Shown: positions 45,101 to 56,815, counted from the stretch's first letter. The stretch: 64,000 nucleotides of DNA from Selaginella moellendorffii (GCF_000143415.4 NW_003314281.1:1042833-1106832), one strand, 5' to 3'. Numbers and translations are program-made. The notes: generated by a model not told the origin, from the letters alone.

Positions 45101-45363
45101 ACCAAAAGCCCAGCGTCGCTGTCCAATCTTTCCCCGGATTCTTCCTCGGCAGTCACAGAAGCAGCATTGTCTTCCTCGATTCTCACACACGGCCGCTTGA
45201 GAAGAGGCTCGTCGATTTTCTGAAGAGGCTTCTGCGCTGTGCCGCTGGAATCCTCATACCTTTGCCTCTTGACGCTGCCGTAGATCCGCGCCTTGGATGC
45301 CTCGAGCGATTCTAGCTGCTCGCGAATGCTCGTCTTGGCGGGCTTCCTGGCCAGCGTCTCCAT
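42111..45363 (-). CDS. SWI2: SNF2-family helicase SWITCH2/CHR9 (ERCC6L2-like)
   Basis: GLGKTIQ, VDEAHRLKN, LTGTILQN, RLDGST, STRAGGLGLNL, WNPAQDLQAQDRSFRFGQ. Confidence 0.9.
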
Positions 45364-47740
45364 CACTACACTTTCTATAAACCCTAAAAACAAACGTTAC
45401 AAAAGGGGGAAAGAGAAAATAGGGCTTAAGCGCGCCTATCGCCAGTGCGAGAGATTTCGAGCGCCATTCTCTTTCTCGCAGGAAGATCCTCGCGTTCTTG
45501 CCGGATTGAAAGCCTGCGGGAGCTTGAGGGAGCTTGAGATTGGTAAGAGGATCCATCACAGCGGCTCTCCAAGCATTCTGGTCTCTAATGCCTCGATTTC
45601 CATGTACGCGAAATGCGGGAGCATGCCGGATGCGCGAGGAGTCTTCGATGGAATGGCGCGTCGCGACGTGGTTTCCTGGACAGCTTTGATCTCCGGGTAT
45701 GTTGAGAACAGGGAAATCGATCGGGCTTGTGAGAGCTACGATCAAATGGAAGGTTGCGAGCCAGATGCTCGAGCGTTTCTCGCGGTTCTTACAGCTTACA
45801 CCCGTCTAGCAGCTCAAGAAGAAGGAGTCCAAGATTGTGGCAAGCTCGCTAAAGTTGAGGCTCTTGGAAAATCCATGGCCTTGCACGACCAGATTTTTGG
45901 AAGGGGCTGTGACAGGGATATCTTCGTAGCAAGCTCGCTGGTGGATCTCTATGCCAAGTGTGGGAGCTTGGTGGATGCCCGAATAGTTTTTGACAGGATG
46001 GCCGAGCACAACGTAGTTTCGTGGACTAGTCTGGTGATGGGATACGTAGAGAATGGGGAGGCTGGGATCGCTTTGCAGCTTTTTAGGTGCTTCCACAGCA
46101 CAGGACTGGAGTTGAATTCTCGAGTCATGGTTGCCGCCCTTATGGCCTGTGGAAGCTTGGCATCGAAGGAAGAGGGAACTCAAGTTTGTGGAAGGCTTGT
46201 CAAGATCGGGTGTCTAGAACAAGGTGTGGTTTTATACGAGCAGGCAAAATCCCGGCGATTGGACTCGGAAGTTCACGTAGCGAACAGCTTGATCGACATG
46301 TTTGCGAAGTGTGGGAGCATGGAGAGAGCTTGTCGGGTTTTTGAGACAATGGAGGTTCGGAACGTTGTGTCGTGGACGTCATTGATACAGGGGTATGTAG
46401 AGAACGGGAAGGAGGAGCTAGCTCTAGATCTCTTTGGCAGTATGGGAACTCCACCAAACGCTTGGACTTTTACCACAGTGCTTGTGTGCTACGCTTCTTT
46501 AGCAGCAAAATCCAGTTGCGGAATCATGAAGACCAAGTGGCTAGAGAAAACAAAGGCTCTCCACGATGAAGCTGTAAAGTCTGGCTGTTCTTTGGGTATC
46601 GTCATGGCCAACACGCTAGTTTTTACCTACATGAAGTGTGGGAGCACGGTAGATGCCGATCAAGTTTTCAGCAGCATTGGACAGATCGCAAACGTTGTTT
46701 CGTGGACGTCGATGATTCTCGGGTATACAGAAAATGGAGAGCACGAACAAGCTCTAGAACATTTTTACAGGATGAAAGCAGCAGGAAGTGCTCCCGATTC
46801 TCGAGCATTTGTCTCAGCTCTTACGGCCCTGGGAAGATTAGCGGAGAAAGAAGCGAATGAGCTCCAGGATTCTGCCAAGACCAAGTGTCTGGAGAGAGCA
46901 GTGGAGATGCACTTGGAAATCACAGCAAGCGGGCTCGACTCGGACAGTTTCGTCGCAAACACGTTGATGGAGGTTTATGCAAAGTGTAGGTGCATGCCGA
47001 AGGCTCGCCAGGTCTTCCAAGGGATGGTGAATCGCAACACCGCAAGCTGGAACACTATGATCCTGGGCTATGTCAAGAATGGTGCTAGTGAGCAGGCTTT
47101 GGAAACATTTACTCGTATGAAACTCGAGCCACGCCGGGGTTGTGAACCGAATCATCAAACTTACGTCGCGGTGCTGACTGCTCTTGGAGACTTGAGCACA
47201 GGGTTAGAGGCTGGCCGAGAAATTCATGGAGAAATATGCAGGAGAGGACTGATCGAAGAGACATCATCAAGCTCTCCCCCGGTTCTAGCAACTTGTTTGC
47301 TGGATTTCTACGCGAAGTCCGCGAGCATGGCTGCTGCCCGGCACGTCTTCGACTCGGCTTTCCTCGGTGGTGGTGATGCTGCTATTTGGAACGCACTGAT
47401 CTCCGGCTACAGCATCCAAGGTGACACTTTCCAAGTTTGTAGCTCGTTCCGGGAGATGAGAGGCGCAGGGATCCAACCGGATGAGGCTACGTTCCAATCG
47501 ATCTTGATGTCGTGCAGTCACGCCGGTCTCTTGGACGAGGCAAGGAAGTTCTTCCGCGAGATGGGCAGTGTCTATGGAATCGCTCCAAGGATGGAGCATT
47601 ACAGTTGCATGGTCGATTTGCTTGGAAGAGCAAACCGTGTTGAGGAGGGTATGGAGCTCCTGGAAAGAATGCCATGGAAAGCTGATACTGTGGCATGGAC
47701 GAGCATATTGAGCGCTTGGTCTCAAATGGAACAAAAGTAG
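45326..47740 (+). CDS. PLS-class PPR protein with elongated L motifs; E domain truncated, no DYW
   Basis: Repeated MYAKCGS / NVVSWT motifs, L2-S2 (SCSHAG, EHYSCMVDLLGRA). First in-frame ATG at 45326. Confidence 0.88.
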   Translation: MLVLAGFLASVSITTLSINPKNKRYKRGKEKIGLKRAYRQCERFRAPFSFSQEDPRVLAGLKACGSLRELEIGKRIHHSGSPSILVSNASISMYAKCGSMPDARGVFDGMARRDVVSWTALISGYVENREIDRACESYDQMEGCEPDARAFLAVLTAYTRLAAQEEGVQDCGKLAKVEALGKSMALHDQIFGRGCDRDIFVASSLVDLYAKCGSLVDARIVFDRMAEHNVVSWTSLVMGYVENGEAGIALQLFRCFHSTGLELNSRVMVAALMACGSLASKEEGTQVCGRLVKIGCLEQGVVLYEQAKSRRLDSEVHVANSLIDMFAKCGSMERACRVFETMEVRNVVSWTSLIQGYVENGKEELALDLFGSMGTPPNAWTFTTVLVCYASLAAKSSCGIMKTKWLEKTKALHDEAVKSGCSLGIVMANTLVFTYMKCGSTVDADQVFSSIGQIANVVSWTSMILGYTENGEHEQALEHFYRMKAAGSAPDSRAFVSALTALGRLAEKEANELQDSAKTKCLERAVEMHLEITASGLDSDSFVANTLMEVYAKCRCMPKARQVFQGMVNRNTASWNTMILGYVKNGASEQALETFTRMKLEPRRGCEPNHQTYVAVLTALGDLSTGLEAGREIHGEICRRGLIEETSSSSPPVLATCLLDFYAKSASMAAARHVFDSAFLGGGDAAIWNALISGYSIQGDTFQVCSSFREMRGAGIQPDEATFQSILMSCSHAGLLDEARKFFREMGSVYGIAPRMEHYSCMVDLLGRANRVEEGMELLERMPWKADTVAWTSILSAWSQMEQK

Positions 47741-47913
47741 AATTTCTACACTTCCATCATATGTATGATAAAAGGTTTGAAAGGTGACAGAACTTAATAA
47801 CAAGAGAATCAAGCAGGATACTTGCTGATGTTTATATGATCTGCCAGAACATTACAAGCTTTTCTCTCTCCATTCTTATATACTACCAGAGTTTCAGAAA
47901 GAATCACAAGCTA

Positions 47914-50001
47914 TTAACAAGATAAAGTTGTTGCAAGGAGGGCATAGGACGACGAGCTCTGAGGATCTAACACGAATGCTTCTCTTGCAACTAATCTCCC
48001 TTGCGCCGCATTACTATGAAGTTTGCAAGCAGTGAGCAATGCCTTCCACCCAGCCCCATTTTGATACTTCTCAGGGATCAGTGCCATGACCTGAGACGCC
48101 TCACTCACAAGCCCCACTCTCCCCAGCAAGTTTACCATCGAGTAGTAGTGCTCCCTCGTCCAATCCACCGAGTGGTCCATCAAGATTGATGTGAAGCAAC
48201 TCCGTGCTGCCGCTAAAACACCAACGTCGCTACAAGCAGCGAGCAAACAAAGCCCACCGACGTGATCGATCTCGAGGCCATGAAGCAGCATTTGCTTCAC
48301 GAGCTCTAGAGCTTCCTGGTTATGCCCGTTCTGGGCATATCCAGTAAGCATCGCATTCCAGGAGACGGCATTTCGTTCGAGCATACCATCGAAGAGCCTC
48401 TTCGCCGCTACTACGTCTCCGGCTTGCGAAAACGCCGCCACCATTGCGTTTGTCGAAACCAAACTCCTTTGCGGCATCTCATTGTAGATTTCCAACGCGT
48501 TTGAAAGTTGCCCAGACTGGGCAAATGCTGTGAGAAGTATGTTCCAGGACGCTGAATCTCTTTCCTTCATGCAATGGAATGCCTTGCTAGCGTCCTCCGT
48601 ACAGCCCGCCTGCGCGTACGCTCCTACCAGCGTGTTCCCGCTCCGTACGTCCCTCTCCGGCGCGCTGTCAAAGAGAAACTTGGCCTCTTCGACGAGCCCG
48701 GCCTGCGATAAGGCGACGAGCATCGCGTTGCACGAGACGACGCTGATCTCCGGCATGGAATCGAATGTGAGCTTGGCGTCGCGTAGGCGCCCATTCTCGG
48801 TGTACGCTGCCACTGCCACCGTGCCCAGGACCACGTCCCAGCGAGGGAGCGATCGGAGGATCTCGCCCACTTGATCCACGAGCCCATGGCGCGAGTAAGC
48901 CGCGATGATCGCAGTGAAGGTCGCGATATTGGGGCGATCCATCCGCGCGAGCAGTGCCTCTGCCTCGTCGAGGTTTCCCGAGAGAGCGTATGCCTGGATC
49001 ATCGTGTTCCAGGAGACGTGATCCCTCTGCTGGGGATCCATTGATTCAAAGAACTCTCGGGCTCGATCTAGCGAGGGATCCATTGCGACGAGCACGCTCA
49101 GGATCGAGTTGCAAGAGACGGTGTCTCGCACGGGCATCGAATCGAAGAAGCTCTTCGCTTGATCGAGATACCCGTTCTGGGCATAAGCTTGGAGCATTGT
49201 GTTCCACGACACTGGATCTCTCTCCTGGGATGAATCAAAGAGAGCTTTTGCTTTCTCCAAGTGCCCAGCCTGGGCATATGTTGCGATCATCGCATTTCGC
49301 GACACAAGATTTGGACAGGGCATTTGGTGGAAGATCGCCTCTGCCTGATCGATCTGTCCTAATCTTGCGTGGAGTGCCAGCATCGAATTCCAAGAGACGC
49401 TGTCGTGCTCCGGCATGGATTGCAGCATTTCTTTGGCCTTCTCCAAATGCCCATTCACGGCAAGAGCTTGGATCATGGCATTCCAGACGAACAGATTCCT
49501 GGCGGGCGATCGATCAAAGAGTAGCTGCGCTTCGCGGAGTTTACCGTCCTGCGCGTAGGCCGCGATCATTGCTGTGGTCGCGACGAGGCTCCCGGCGCCC
49601 GCCACAGCCGCGCTATCGAGCAAGCTCCTCGCTTGTTCTAGATGCCCAGTTTGGGCATGTAGGGTGATCATGGTGTTCCACGAGACAGCGTTCCTGTACG
49701 GCATGGCGTCGAAGACGCGCTGGGCCTGGTCCTCCTGGCCATTGCTGCCGTACGCCTGGATGAGTATGTTATAGGAGAAGAGATTGGGCCGCGCGATGGT
49801 GTCAAAGGCGCGTTGGGCGTCGCTAGGGCAGCGGCATTTGCCATACATTTGGATTAGGAGGTTGGAGAGGTAGAGATTTTGGCGCAGGGCGGCGCTACTC
49901 GCGATGATCCGCGCGTGGATCTTTCTCGCCGCGGCTAGATCGCCGCTCTCACCGCAGATCTTCACGGCGCTGGCTAGCTCCTCGATCGCTGATGATTGCA
50001 T
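47914..50001 (-). CDS. PLS-class PPR protein with long SS-motif run and partial E domain
   Basis: Many 31-aa SWNxM..AYAQ.G repeats; EHYYSMVNLLGR, WKALLTACKLH. Confidence 0.9.
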   Translation of the reverse strand: MQSSAIEELASAVKICGESGDLAAARKIHARIIASSAALRQNLYLSNLLIQMYGKCRCPSDAQRAFDTIARPNLFSYNILIQAYGSNGQEDQAQRVFDAMPYRNAVSWNTMITLHAQTGHLEQARSLLDSAAVAGAGSLVATTAMIAAYAQDGKLREAQLLFDRSPARNLFVWNAMIQALAVNGHLEKAKEMLQSMPEHDSVSWNSMLALHARLGQIDQAEAIFHQMPCPNLVSRNAMIATYAQAGHLEKAKALFDSSQERDPVSWNTMLQAYAQNGYLDQAKSFFDSMPVRDTVSCNSILSVLVAMDPSLDRAREFFESMDPQQRDHVSWNTMIQAYALSGNLDEAEALLARMDRPNIATFTAIIAAYSRHGLVDQVGEILRSLPRWDVVLGTVAVAAYTENGRLRDAKLTFDSMPEISVVSCNAMLVALSQAGLVEEAKFLFDSAPERDVRSGNTLVGAYAQAGCTEDASKAFHCMKERDSASWNILLTAFAQSGQLSNALEIYNEMPQRSLVSTNAMVAAFSQAGDVVAAKRLFDGMLERNAVSWNAMLTGYAQNGHNQEALELVKQMLLHGLEIDHVGGLCLLAACSDVGVLAAARSCFTSILMDHSVDWTREHYYSMVNLLGRVGLVSEASQVMALIPEKYQNGAGWKALLTACKLHSNAAQGRLVAREAFVLDPQSSSSYALLATTLSC

Positions 50002-50057
50002 AGGATCGCATCGCCGGGAGGTTTAGGGTTTATCGATCGGGGGCGAAATATGAGGAG

Positions 50058-52341
50058 ATGAGGAGAGCCGCGTCTCGGCTGCGCGGAGTCGTGCTGCATT
50101 CGATCCATCGGGAGTTTACCAGCAGCGGCGTGAGGAATGCGAGAGACAAGGTCGGGCCGTCTGGAGAGATCAGTAAGTTTGCAAGGAAGAAATTCGAGAA
50201 GCTGCGGCAGCAGCCGGTGGAGAGGCCCTATGTCGCTCCACAGCCGGCGGCGCCGCTCTCGCCTGTCAAGGTGGTGGAGATTTTCGAGGGCATGACGATG
50301 CGGGAGCTTGCATCTCGGCTCCAGCAGTCAGAGAGCGCTGTGCAATCCATCCTGAATGATCTTGGCGAGAGCTGTGAGTCCGGTGACGAGGCGCTGGCCT
50401 TCGATGCATCAGAGCTAGTTGCACTGGTACGTGATCTTTCCTTTCTTTCTCTAGTTCTTTTCTTTTCGCAAGTCTTTGCTGCTTCTCTTTAGATGATTTT
50501 GCTGCTTATCTCAGATGAAAAGATCTTTGTAGCTTCTTATTGTTGATTCACTGATCATTACTTTTCCAGGAATTCGGAGCTCAAGTGAAAAGAGTTGACG
50601 CGGAAGTAAGGAAAGATGATCCTCAGAAGGAAGTGATTCCACTGCGTCCTCCAGTGATCACTGTTATGGGGCACGTCGACCACGGGAAAACTTCGCTGCT
50701 CGATGCACTGCGCAAGTCATCTGTTGCTGCGGGTGAGGCCGGAGGAATCACGCAGCACCTCGGTGCTTTTGTCGTGAAGATGTCCTCGGGAGCATCCCTT
50801 ACCTTTCTGGACACGCCGGGCCACGCGGCTTTCAGTGCAATGCGAGCTCGCGGGGCGGCAGTGACGGACATCGTCGTTCTCGTCGTTGCTGCCGATGATG
50901 GTGTCAAGCCTCAAACGCTAGAAGCGCTGTCTCACGCACAGGAGGCCAAGGTTCCGATAGTGGTGGCGATCAACAAGTGTGACAAGGAAGACGCGGATCC
51001 TGCCAGGGTGCGGCAGCAGCTTATCATGCACAGCGTCGAACTTGAAGAGATTGGTGGCGACGTCCAGGTTGTCGAGGTCTCGGCTAAGCAGAGCACGGGA
51101 CTTAACAAGCTGGAGGAAGCTCTACTGCTCATGTCAGAGATGATGGACCTCCGAGCCCGGACCGACGGCGATGCTCACGGGGTTGTCATCGAGGCAAGGC
51201 TTGATCGGGGCCAAGGGCCTTTGGCAACGGTGATAGTGCGATCGGGCACGTTGAAACAGGGAGCCATTGTCGTTGTTGGTCACCAGTGGGGGCGTGTGAG
51301 ATGCTTGCGGGATATGACAGGAGCTATTGTCAAGTCTGCTGGGCCTGCTACACCTGTTGAGGTATCAGGACTCCGGGGAGCTCCGCTAGCTGGGGACTCG
51401 CTCAACGTTTTGCAAAGTGAGGACAGGGCTAAGAAGCTGGCCGAGAAGAGGCAGCTGATTATGGAGCAGGACAGATTGCAAAAGCGTAGCTTAAAAGCTG
51501 CTGCTGCTACTCCTGCTACTCCGGCCGCCGAAGATGAAGGGACCGACCAAGCTCCGAAGGCAGTCAACATGCCGCTCGTTGTGAAAGCCGACGTGCAAGG
51601 GACCTTAGAAGCTGTTCTTGAAGCCCTCGAAAGCTTGAACAACGAACAGGTGAAGTCCTATATTTTACCTTCTTTCATCTGAGGTTGTCTGTAACCTTTT
51701 GTACCAGGTATCTGTGAGTATCGTGCATTCCGGAATTGGCCCCGTGTCGGAAGCAGATTTTCTTCTAGCCGAAGCATGTCAGGGCTGCTTAATTGCTTTC
51801 ACCGTCAAGTGCTTGCCATCGGTAGAAGCAATGGCTCGTCGTGCTAAAATCCCGGTATGTTCTTTTTTATGCATTGACTTGAAACTACTTTTCATGTTTC
51901 CATTTACAGCTTGTTCATCACCGTGTGATTTACCATTTGTTGGAAGAAGTGGGGAAGCTGATAATTGAGAGGGCTCCAGGAACTTCGGAGACCCGGATTG
52001 CCGGGCAGGCCGAAGTTCTCGCCATCTTTGAGATTAAAGGCAAAGGCAGGGCAGGGGTTGGAGCAGCCAAGATTGCAGGCTGCCGAGTCTTCGAGGGACG
52101 CCTGCTCAAGGGTCAGCGTGTCAAAGTCCTCCGGAGTGGCACGGAGCTGTTTGACGGGAAACTTTCGTCGCTCAAGAGGGAGAAGCTGGACGTGGACACG
52201 GTTGGGAAGGGGACGGAATGCGGGCTTATTGTCAACGAATGGATGGAATTCAGTGTCGGGGACGTTGTGCAGTGCATCGAAGAGTACAAGAGATTGCCGA
52301 CGTTTGTTTCTTCGGATGGGAAAGCGAGGATCGAATGCTGA
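50058..52341 (+). CDS. Mitochondrial translation initiation factor IF-2
   Basis: [40 protein letters not shown]; presequence-like N-terminus. Confidence 0.92.
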
Positions 52342-52630
52342 GGTTTTGCTAGAATGACACCAGAGTGGTTTTGGTAACTCCAAACTTGACAGAAACTTTT
52401 CAGGTACTGTATTCTTCTCTCTTTTTTTCTTCTTCTTTCTTCTCTTCTTTGCGGTTAGCAATAAGAAGTACTGTGCTCTTTAATAACCCCGTGCATTGCA
52501 GCTGGTTTGGTGTATACCTTGCTTCTTCTAGTGTCTTTGTCTACCTTTCCTTCGTAATCCGGCATTGCTCGAAGAGTCTTTGGCGTCGATATAAGCTGCT
52601 TGTTTCGTCCTAGGTAGAGCAACTAGAGCT

Positions 52631-53169
52631 ATGGAAGACGACTATCGCTACTATCAGCTAGGATTGAGAGTCTTGGGATTTGCTCTTACTTCTGTGGCTT
52701 TTTCGTGTATGGGAGCAGCGCTTCCAGTGTCCCCGACATCTCTGACGCGCTATGCCTCGTTCAAGTAAGCAATCTTTGTGGAAGAGATCCTTTCTAACGA
52801 GTTTCCTTTGCAGCTTTTTGCTGGCTACCAATGTCCTTGCATGCCTCTACTCGGGAGCTCAGGTTGCCGTTTTAGCAGCGAACAGAAAGAAGCTCACAGA
52901 TTTTTACAAAACCTCCAGCTTAATGCTCGATCAAGTAAGTCACTACATCTATAGTTTTCGTCAGGTCGCACGCATCCTCTCTTTTGCAGATTTTCACTTG
53001 CTTGCTGCTTGCAAGCGCGTCGGCAGCTAGTGCCGCTTTCCAAGCGCTCGAACTGTGTAAGCAAGACCTGGCCACTTGCCTACGAGTAACATCGTCGGTG
53101 GTAGCGGGATTTGTGGCCTTTTCAGCACTCTACGCCTCCACAGTCGTATCGTTCCTCACCGCAAGGTAA
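52631..53169 (+). CDS. CASP-like (DUF588) four-TM protein, 3 exons
   Basis: LGLR..FALTSVAFSCM, YASF|FLLATNVLACLYSGAQ, LDQ|IFTCLLLASASAA, C..V..SV...F.AF. Confidence 0.82.
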
Positions 53170-53239
53170 ATCCCGGCTGTTTTTCGATATGTATATACAT
53201 ACACTCAATTGCTTACTACTTGTCATGTACAAAACAGGG

Positions 53240-54072
53240 CTATCGAGCTATCAAGTCGAGATCATCATCCTCCTCCAGATCATGCTCGTTCATCTGCTTG
53301 ATCCTCTTGCCGTCTCGAGGGCCGGTTCGTCGCTTTTGCTTCCCGCTGCGATCCAAATAGAAGAAAGTTGAGAATAAGGTAAACAAGTTTGCGTGCTCTA
53401 CTTACGGCCCGTTTGCTGGCGTTCCCGCGATCTTGATCCGACTTTGGCCGCTTCCATCTAGTCTTCCCTCGGTGTCTCGTCCTAGAGCATTCTCTTCGGC
53501 CTTGGAAGAGACAACAAAAAGAAGAATGGCCGGGTATGGAGAAAAAGTTGGCATTACTAGACACATAATTCTCTGGTTTTGGTGGTTTTTTTTTTCTTTC
53601 AACTTACAGCAGGGGAAGTGACCGAAGACAAAGAAAACAAACGATCCTCGGTGGAGAACTTGCGTGGTCTCTTCATGCTGAGACAGAAAGAGAAAGAGAT
53701 TCAAAGGTTACGTTAATCTTTGATTCGAGCAATGCTTTTTTTTTTTTTTTTTTTTTTTTTTGGTTGCTTTGCTCGAGAGCAAACTTACTTTCCAGCTCCC
53801 TTGGCGGAGGAGAGAAATCCCTCGAATCCCTTGAGAACGTTGCCGCACTGGCTCGAGTCGTGCAGATAAGTGGTCTCGAGATCATACACCTGTAAATGAT
53901 TCCGGAATATCCAGAGATGCCAAAGATATATTCCCTTTACACAAACCTGCTTCTCAACGTTTCGGAGCTCCTCGAGGAGCTTCTCCCGTTTGGAGACGCA
54001 CAGGGCGAGATTGGCCTGTGGATTCAACTGCGCGGCCGCGCGCTGCTGCTGGCTCGCCGCCATATCTACCAT
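53240..54072 (-). CDS. EAF6: NuA4 HAT subunit EAF6/MEAF6
   Basis: KREKLLEELRNVEKQ|VYDLETTYL...GNVLKGFEGFL, EDRLFSLSSVTS. Confidence 0.9.
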
Positions 54073-55145
54073 TTTGGCCCGGGGGAAACAAAACCCTAGC
54101 GCTAGGGCTATGGGCAGATATTCCGTCAGCTTGACGGAATGTCTTTCCCGACATCTACTCCATACATTTTAAATATATATATTAGTTTTAATATTATATG
54201 TATTAAATTGGGGAATCCAAAAACGAGGATTTGAAGAAACATCAGGTGGAGCAACAATATATTCGTTGCCAGCACAAAGTTAAGTGCTTCCATGACAGAA
54301 AAAAGAAAGATTCTTATTCATAAGAACAAGCAAAGGTGGAAGAACGAAGAAGATAGACCGATTATTTTTTTAATTCTGGAGGGCTGAATGTTGTGGCAAA
54401 CCTCAGGCCCTATTTGCTGCCGCACTTCCACTGAGTAAGCAGACCCCTTAGACAAAGCACGATTGGGAAAATAAATCAACTGGGTGGATGGGAGTTGTAT
54501 TGTTGGTATGGTCTCACTTGTATGAAGAATGATCTTTAAATATACCATCCACCAAAAATGAAGAAAAATAAAATAAAATAAAATTGAGCTTCACACTTGT
54601 GCAACTTATGACCTCAAAATTCTTCTGTCTCTGTCTAAGGGCATTACAAAACTTCTAAAATTTACAACAAAACACAGAAAACAAAGCAGCATATAAACTT
54701 GATCAAGATGCCATCAGACTAGGACATCAACTCCAACAACACATACCACCTTGCCTAAGGTGGCTGTATGGACTCCATCTCTACCATCACCTTGTAGTTA
54801 AGATGCAACTCCAAGCACGTCTTGAGATCATAGTGGAATCTGAAAGTGCTGTCCACCCAAACATGCACAGTGCGGCTCAAATCTGCTGTCCATGTTATGA
54901 GATAGCTTTTTGAAGCCCTGCGAAAGTACACAAGCAAAGTTATAGAAAACAAAACGAGAGCAATCTAACTTACTAGTAGAGAAAAACGCATGGTCTGCAT
55001 GGTGTCAAAGCCGAGACAAAACTTGTGGCCGACTTCCAGCTCAGGAACTCCAAAACTCTCCAAATAGAGCTTCACGATCAGCTTCCAAATGGTGTATATT
55101 ACTTCCAGGAATTAGACTTCAACATTGTATAATCACAAGTGTTTT

Positions 55146-55415
55146 TCAAAATTGAGGGACACAATAACCAAACGCTCCTACTCCTTGGAGTATGGAAACA
55201 TACCCTTCACAACATTTCTCTGGGTCACCAAAACCCTTACACAAAGGCTCGAAACAATCCTGAAGTAGTTTGCGATGCCCAGTCAAGTGATCTAAAATGC
55301 AGAAAATTAGATTCAGTATTAAAATCGCCGCAGAAGAACTTATTTGTGTTATAAACACAAATGAGATGAAAACAATCATGAACAAAACTAGACTCAGCTT
55401 CTGAAAATTGCCCAT
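55146..55415 (-). CDS. Secreted knottin/ICK-like cysteine-rich peptide, possibly degenerate (5 Cys)
   Basis: Signal peptide, RKLL pro-site, then C-x4-C-x8-CC...YC. Confidence 0.55.
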   Translation of the reverse strand: MGNFQKLSLVLFMIVFISFVFITQISSSAAILILNLIFCILDHLTGHRKLLQDCFEPLCKGFGDPEKCCEGYVSILQGVGAFGYCVPQF

Positions 55416-55740
55416 TCCCCACTAGAGCCAAAGCAAAAGTTATGTCAGACTCGGTACAAAGTCAGCTTGACAGTGGATACGACCCGTCACACAGTGCATA
55501 TGGTTGCTTAAGAATTTAAAGCCTTGAGTCACTTAAAGCTACCTTGAAAACTGATTATAATTCACAGGTGTTTCTATGGAACATGATACAATCCACTCAA
55601 GACGTCTTTCACTTTTACTGTGAGCAGACATTCCGTCAACATGGGGAAATGAGCTCTTTGCCCTCCGTCGGTCGGTGGTTTCGGGGAGTGGATTTAAAAA
55701 GAACTGTGTAGAGATGTCCGTTCCCCCGCGTGTGTGAGGA

Positions 55741-56300
55741 ATGGAGGTTTGTCCGCTGCTTGCGCTTCGAATCAGGCTTGTGATCCAGAAGCTCAAACGC
55801 GCCGCGCTCAGGCTTAAAGGTAGATCGTCCATTGTTCTTTGGATCCCAGAGATTTAGCTTCTTATCAGGAAAGAAGAAGAGGAAGAGCTCCACAGAGCAG
55901 AGAATCCAGCCGGCTAGAAGACCACCCGAGGAAATCAAGAGAGACTATGGATTCCAGGTCCGCAAATCATCTGGCAATAGAGATGCTAGCTTTGTTTTGG
56001 TTCTTACTTGAGTGCATCTCTCTTATTGACAGGATTCTCCAGCAGCAAAGGCCAGGGCTGCTCTAGCAGAGCGCCACGAGAAGCTCGAGGTAAATTGGAT
56101 CTTAGATCTTACACTCTTTTTTAGACTAGGAAGAGAGATTCCAGTCCAGATTCCCACTATCTCACTTTTAAACAACGGTCCAGAGGGTAGAGGACAAGGC
56201 CCAAACACTACAGAGCAGTGCGGAGAACTTCGCCGGGCTGGCGAGAGAGGTGGTGAGAGAGGCGGAGAAGACGAAATGGTGGCAAGTTTGGAGATATTGA
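55741..56300 (+). CDS. Soluble tomosyn-type R-SNARE-only small protein, copy 1 (4 exons, ~113 aa)
   Basis: Spliced: MEVCPLLALRIRLVIQKLKRAALRLK|GKKKRKSS..EIKRDYGFQ|DSPAAKARAALAERHEKLE|RVEDKAQTLQSSAENFAGLAREVVREAEKTKWWQVWRY*. Confidence 0.72.
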
Positions 56301-56610
56301 TCGTTCGTTGCTTAAACAAACAAAAAGACTATGCTCGATCGATTTTGATGATCGCGTAGTTCTTTCTGGAACCCAACGTGAACGCGCGCTTGTAAATCTC
56401 GTTGATCGATTCGCCCGGAAACCGGGTCCGGGGTGAAGAAGGAAGAATGGGGCCTCTTCGGGGGGCCAAACCGCCCACTGTCTGCTGCCCCATCCTCGGC
56501 GCGGGCAGACGCCTCCCAGCCAGAGAGGGGAGGGAGGAGGGCGAACGGCTTCTTCGGCCGCCCCACGCAAAAACCAGCGGAGAGTGGAAGAATGTTTGCT
56601 GTGGCCCGCC

Positions 56611-56815
56611 AAGATCGGCTTTAGATTTCCCACCATTTCAGCCGGACAACGTTAGGCTCTTTGGATTGCAGAAAGATGATGCTCACCTGCAAGCGCTCCT
56701 GCCGTTCCATCAATCGATCTCTAGCGTGTGCCGCGGCGCTGCTTGCCTCCTAAACCCCATTCATGCAAATTCGAGTGAGTGAATGAGCTGAAAGTTAGTT
56801 ATCGCTGCTCGGATC
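56611..56815 (-). pseudogene. Truncated copy of the tomosyn/Lgl 3' end
   Basis: Matches 58855-59160 but most of the last exon is deleted. Confidence 0.8.

Noticed and set aside
54735-54952. Exon-like minus-strand segment (ASKSYLITWTADLSRTVHVW...)
   Set aside because: No family recognised, and heavily deleted in the second copy.
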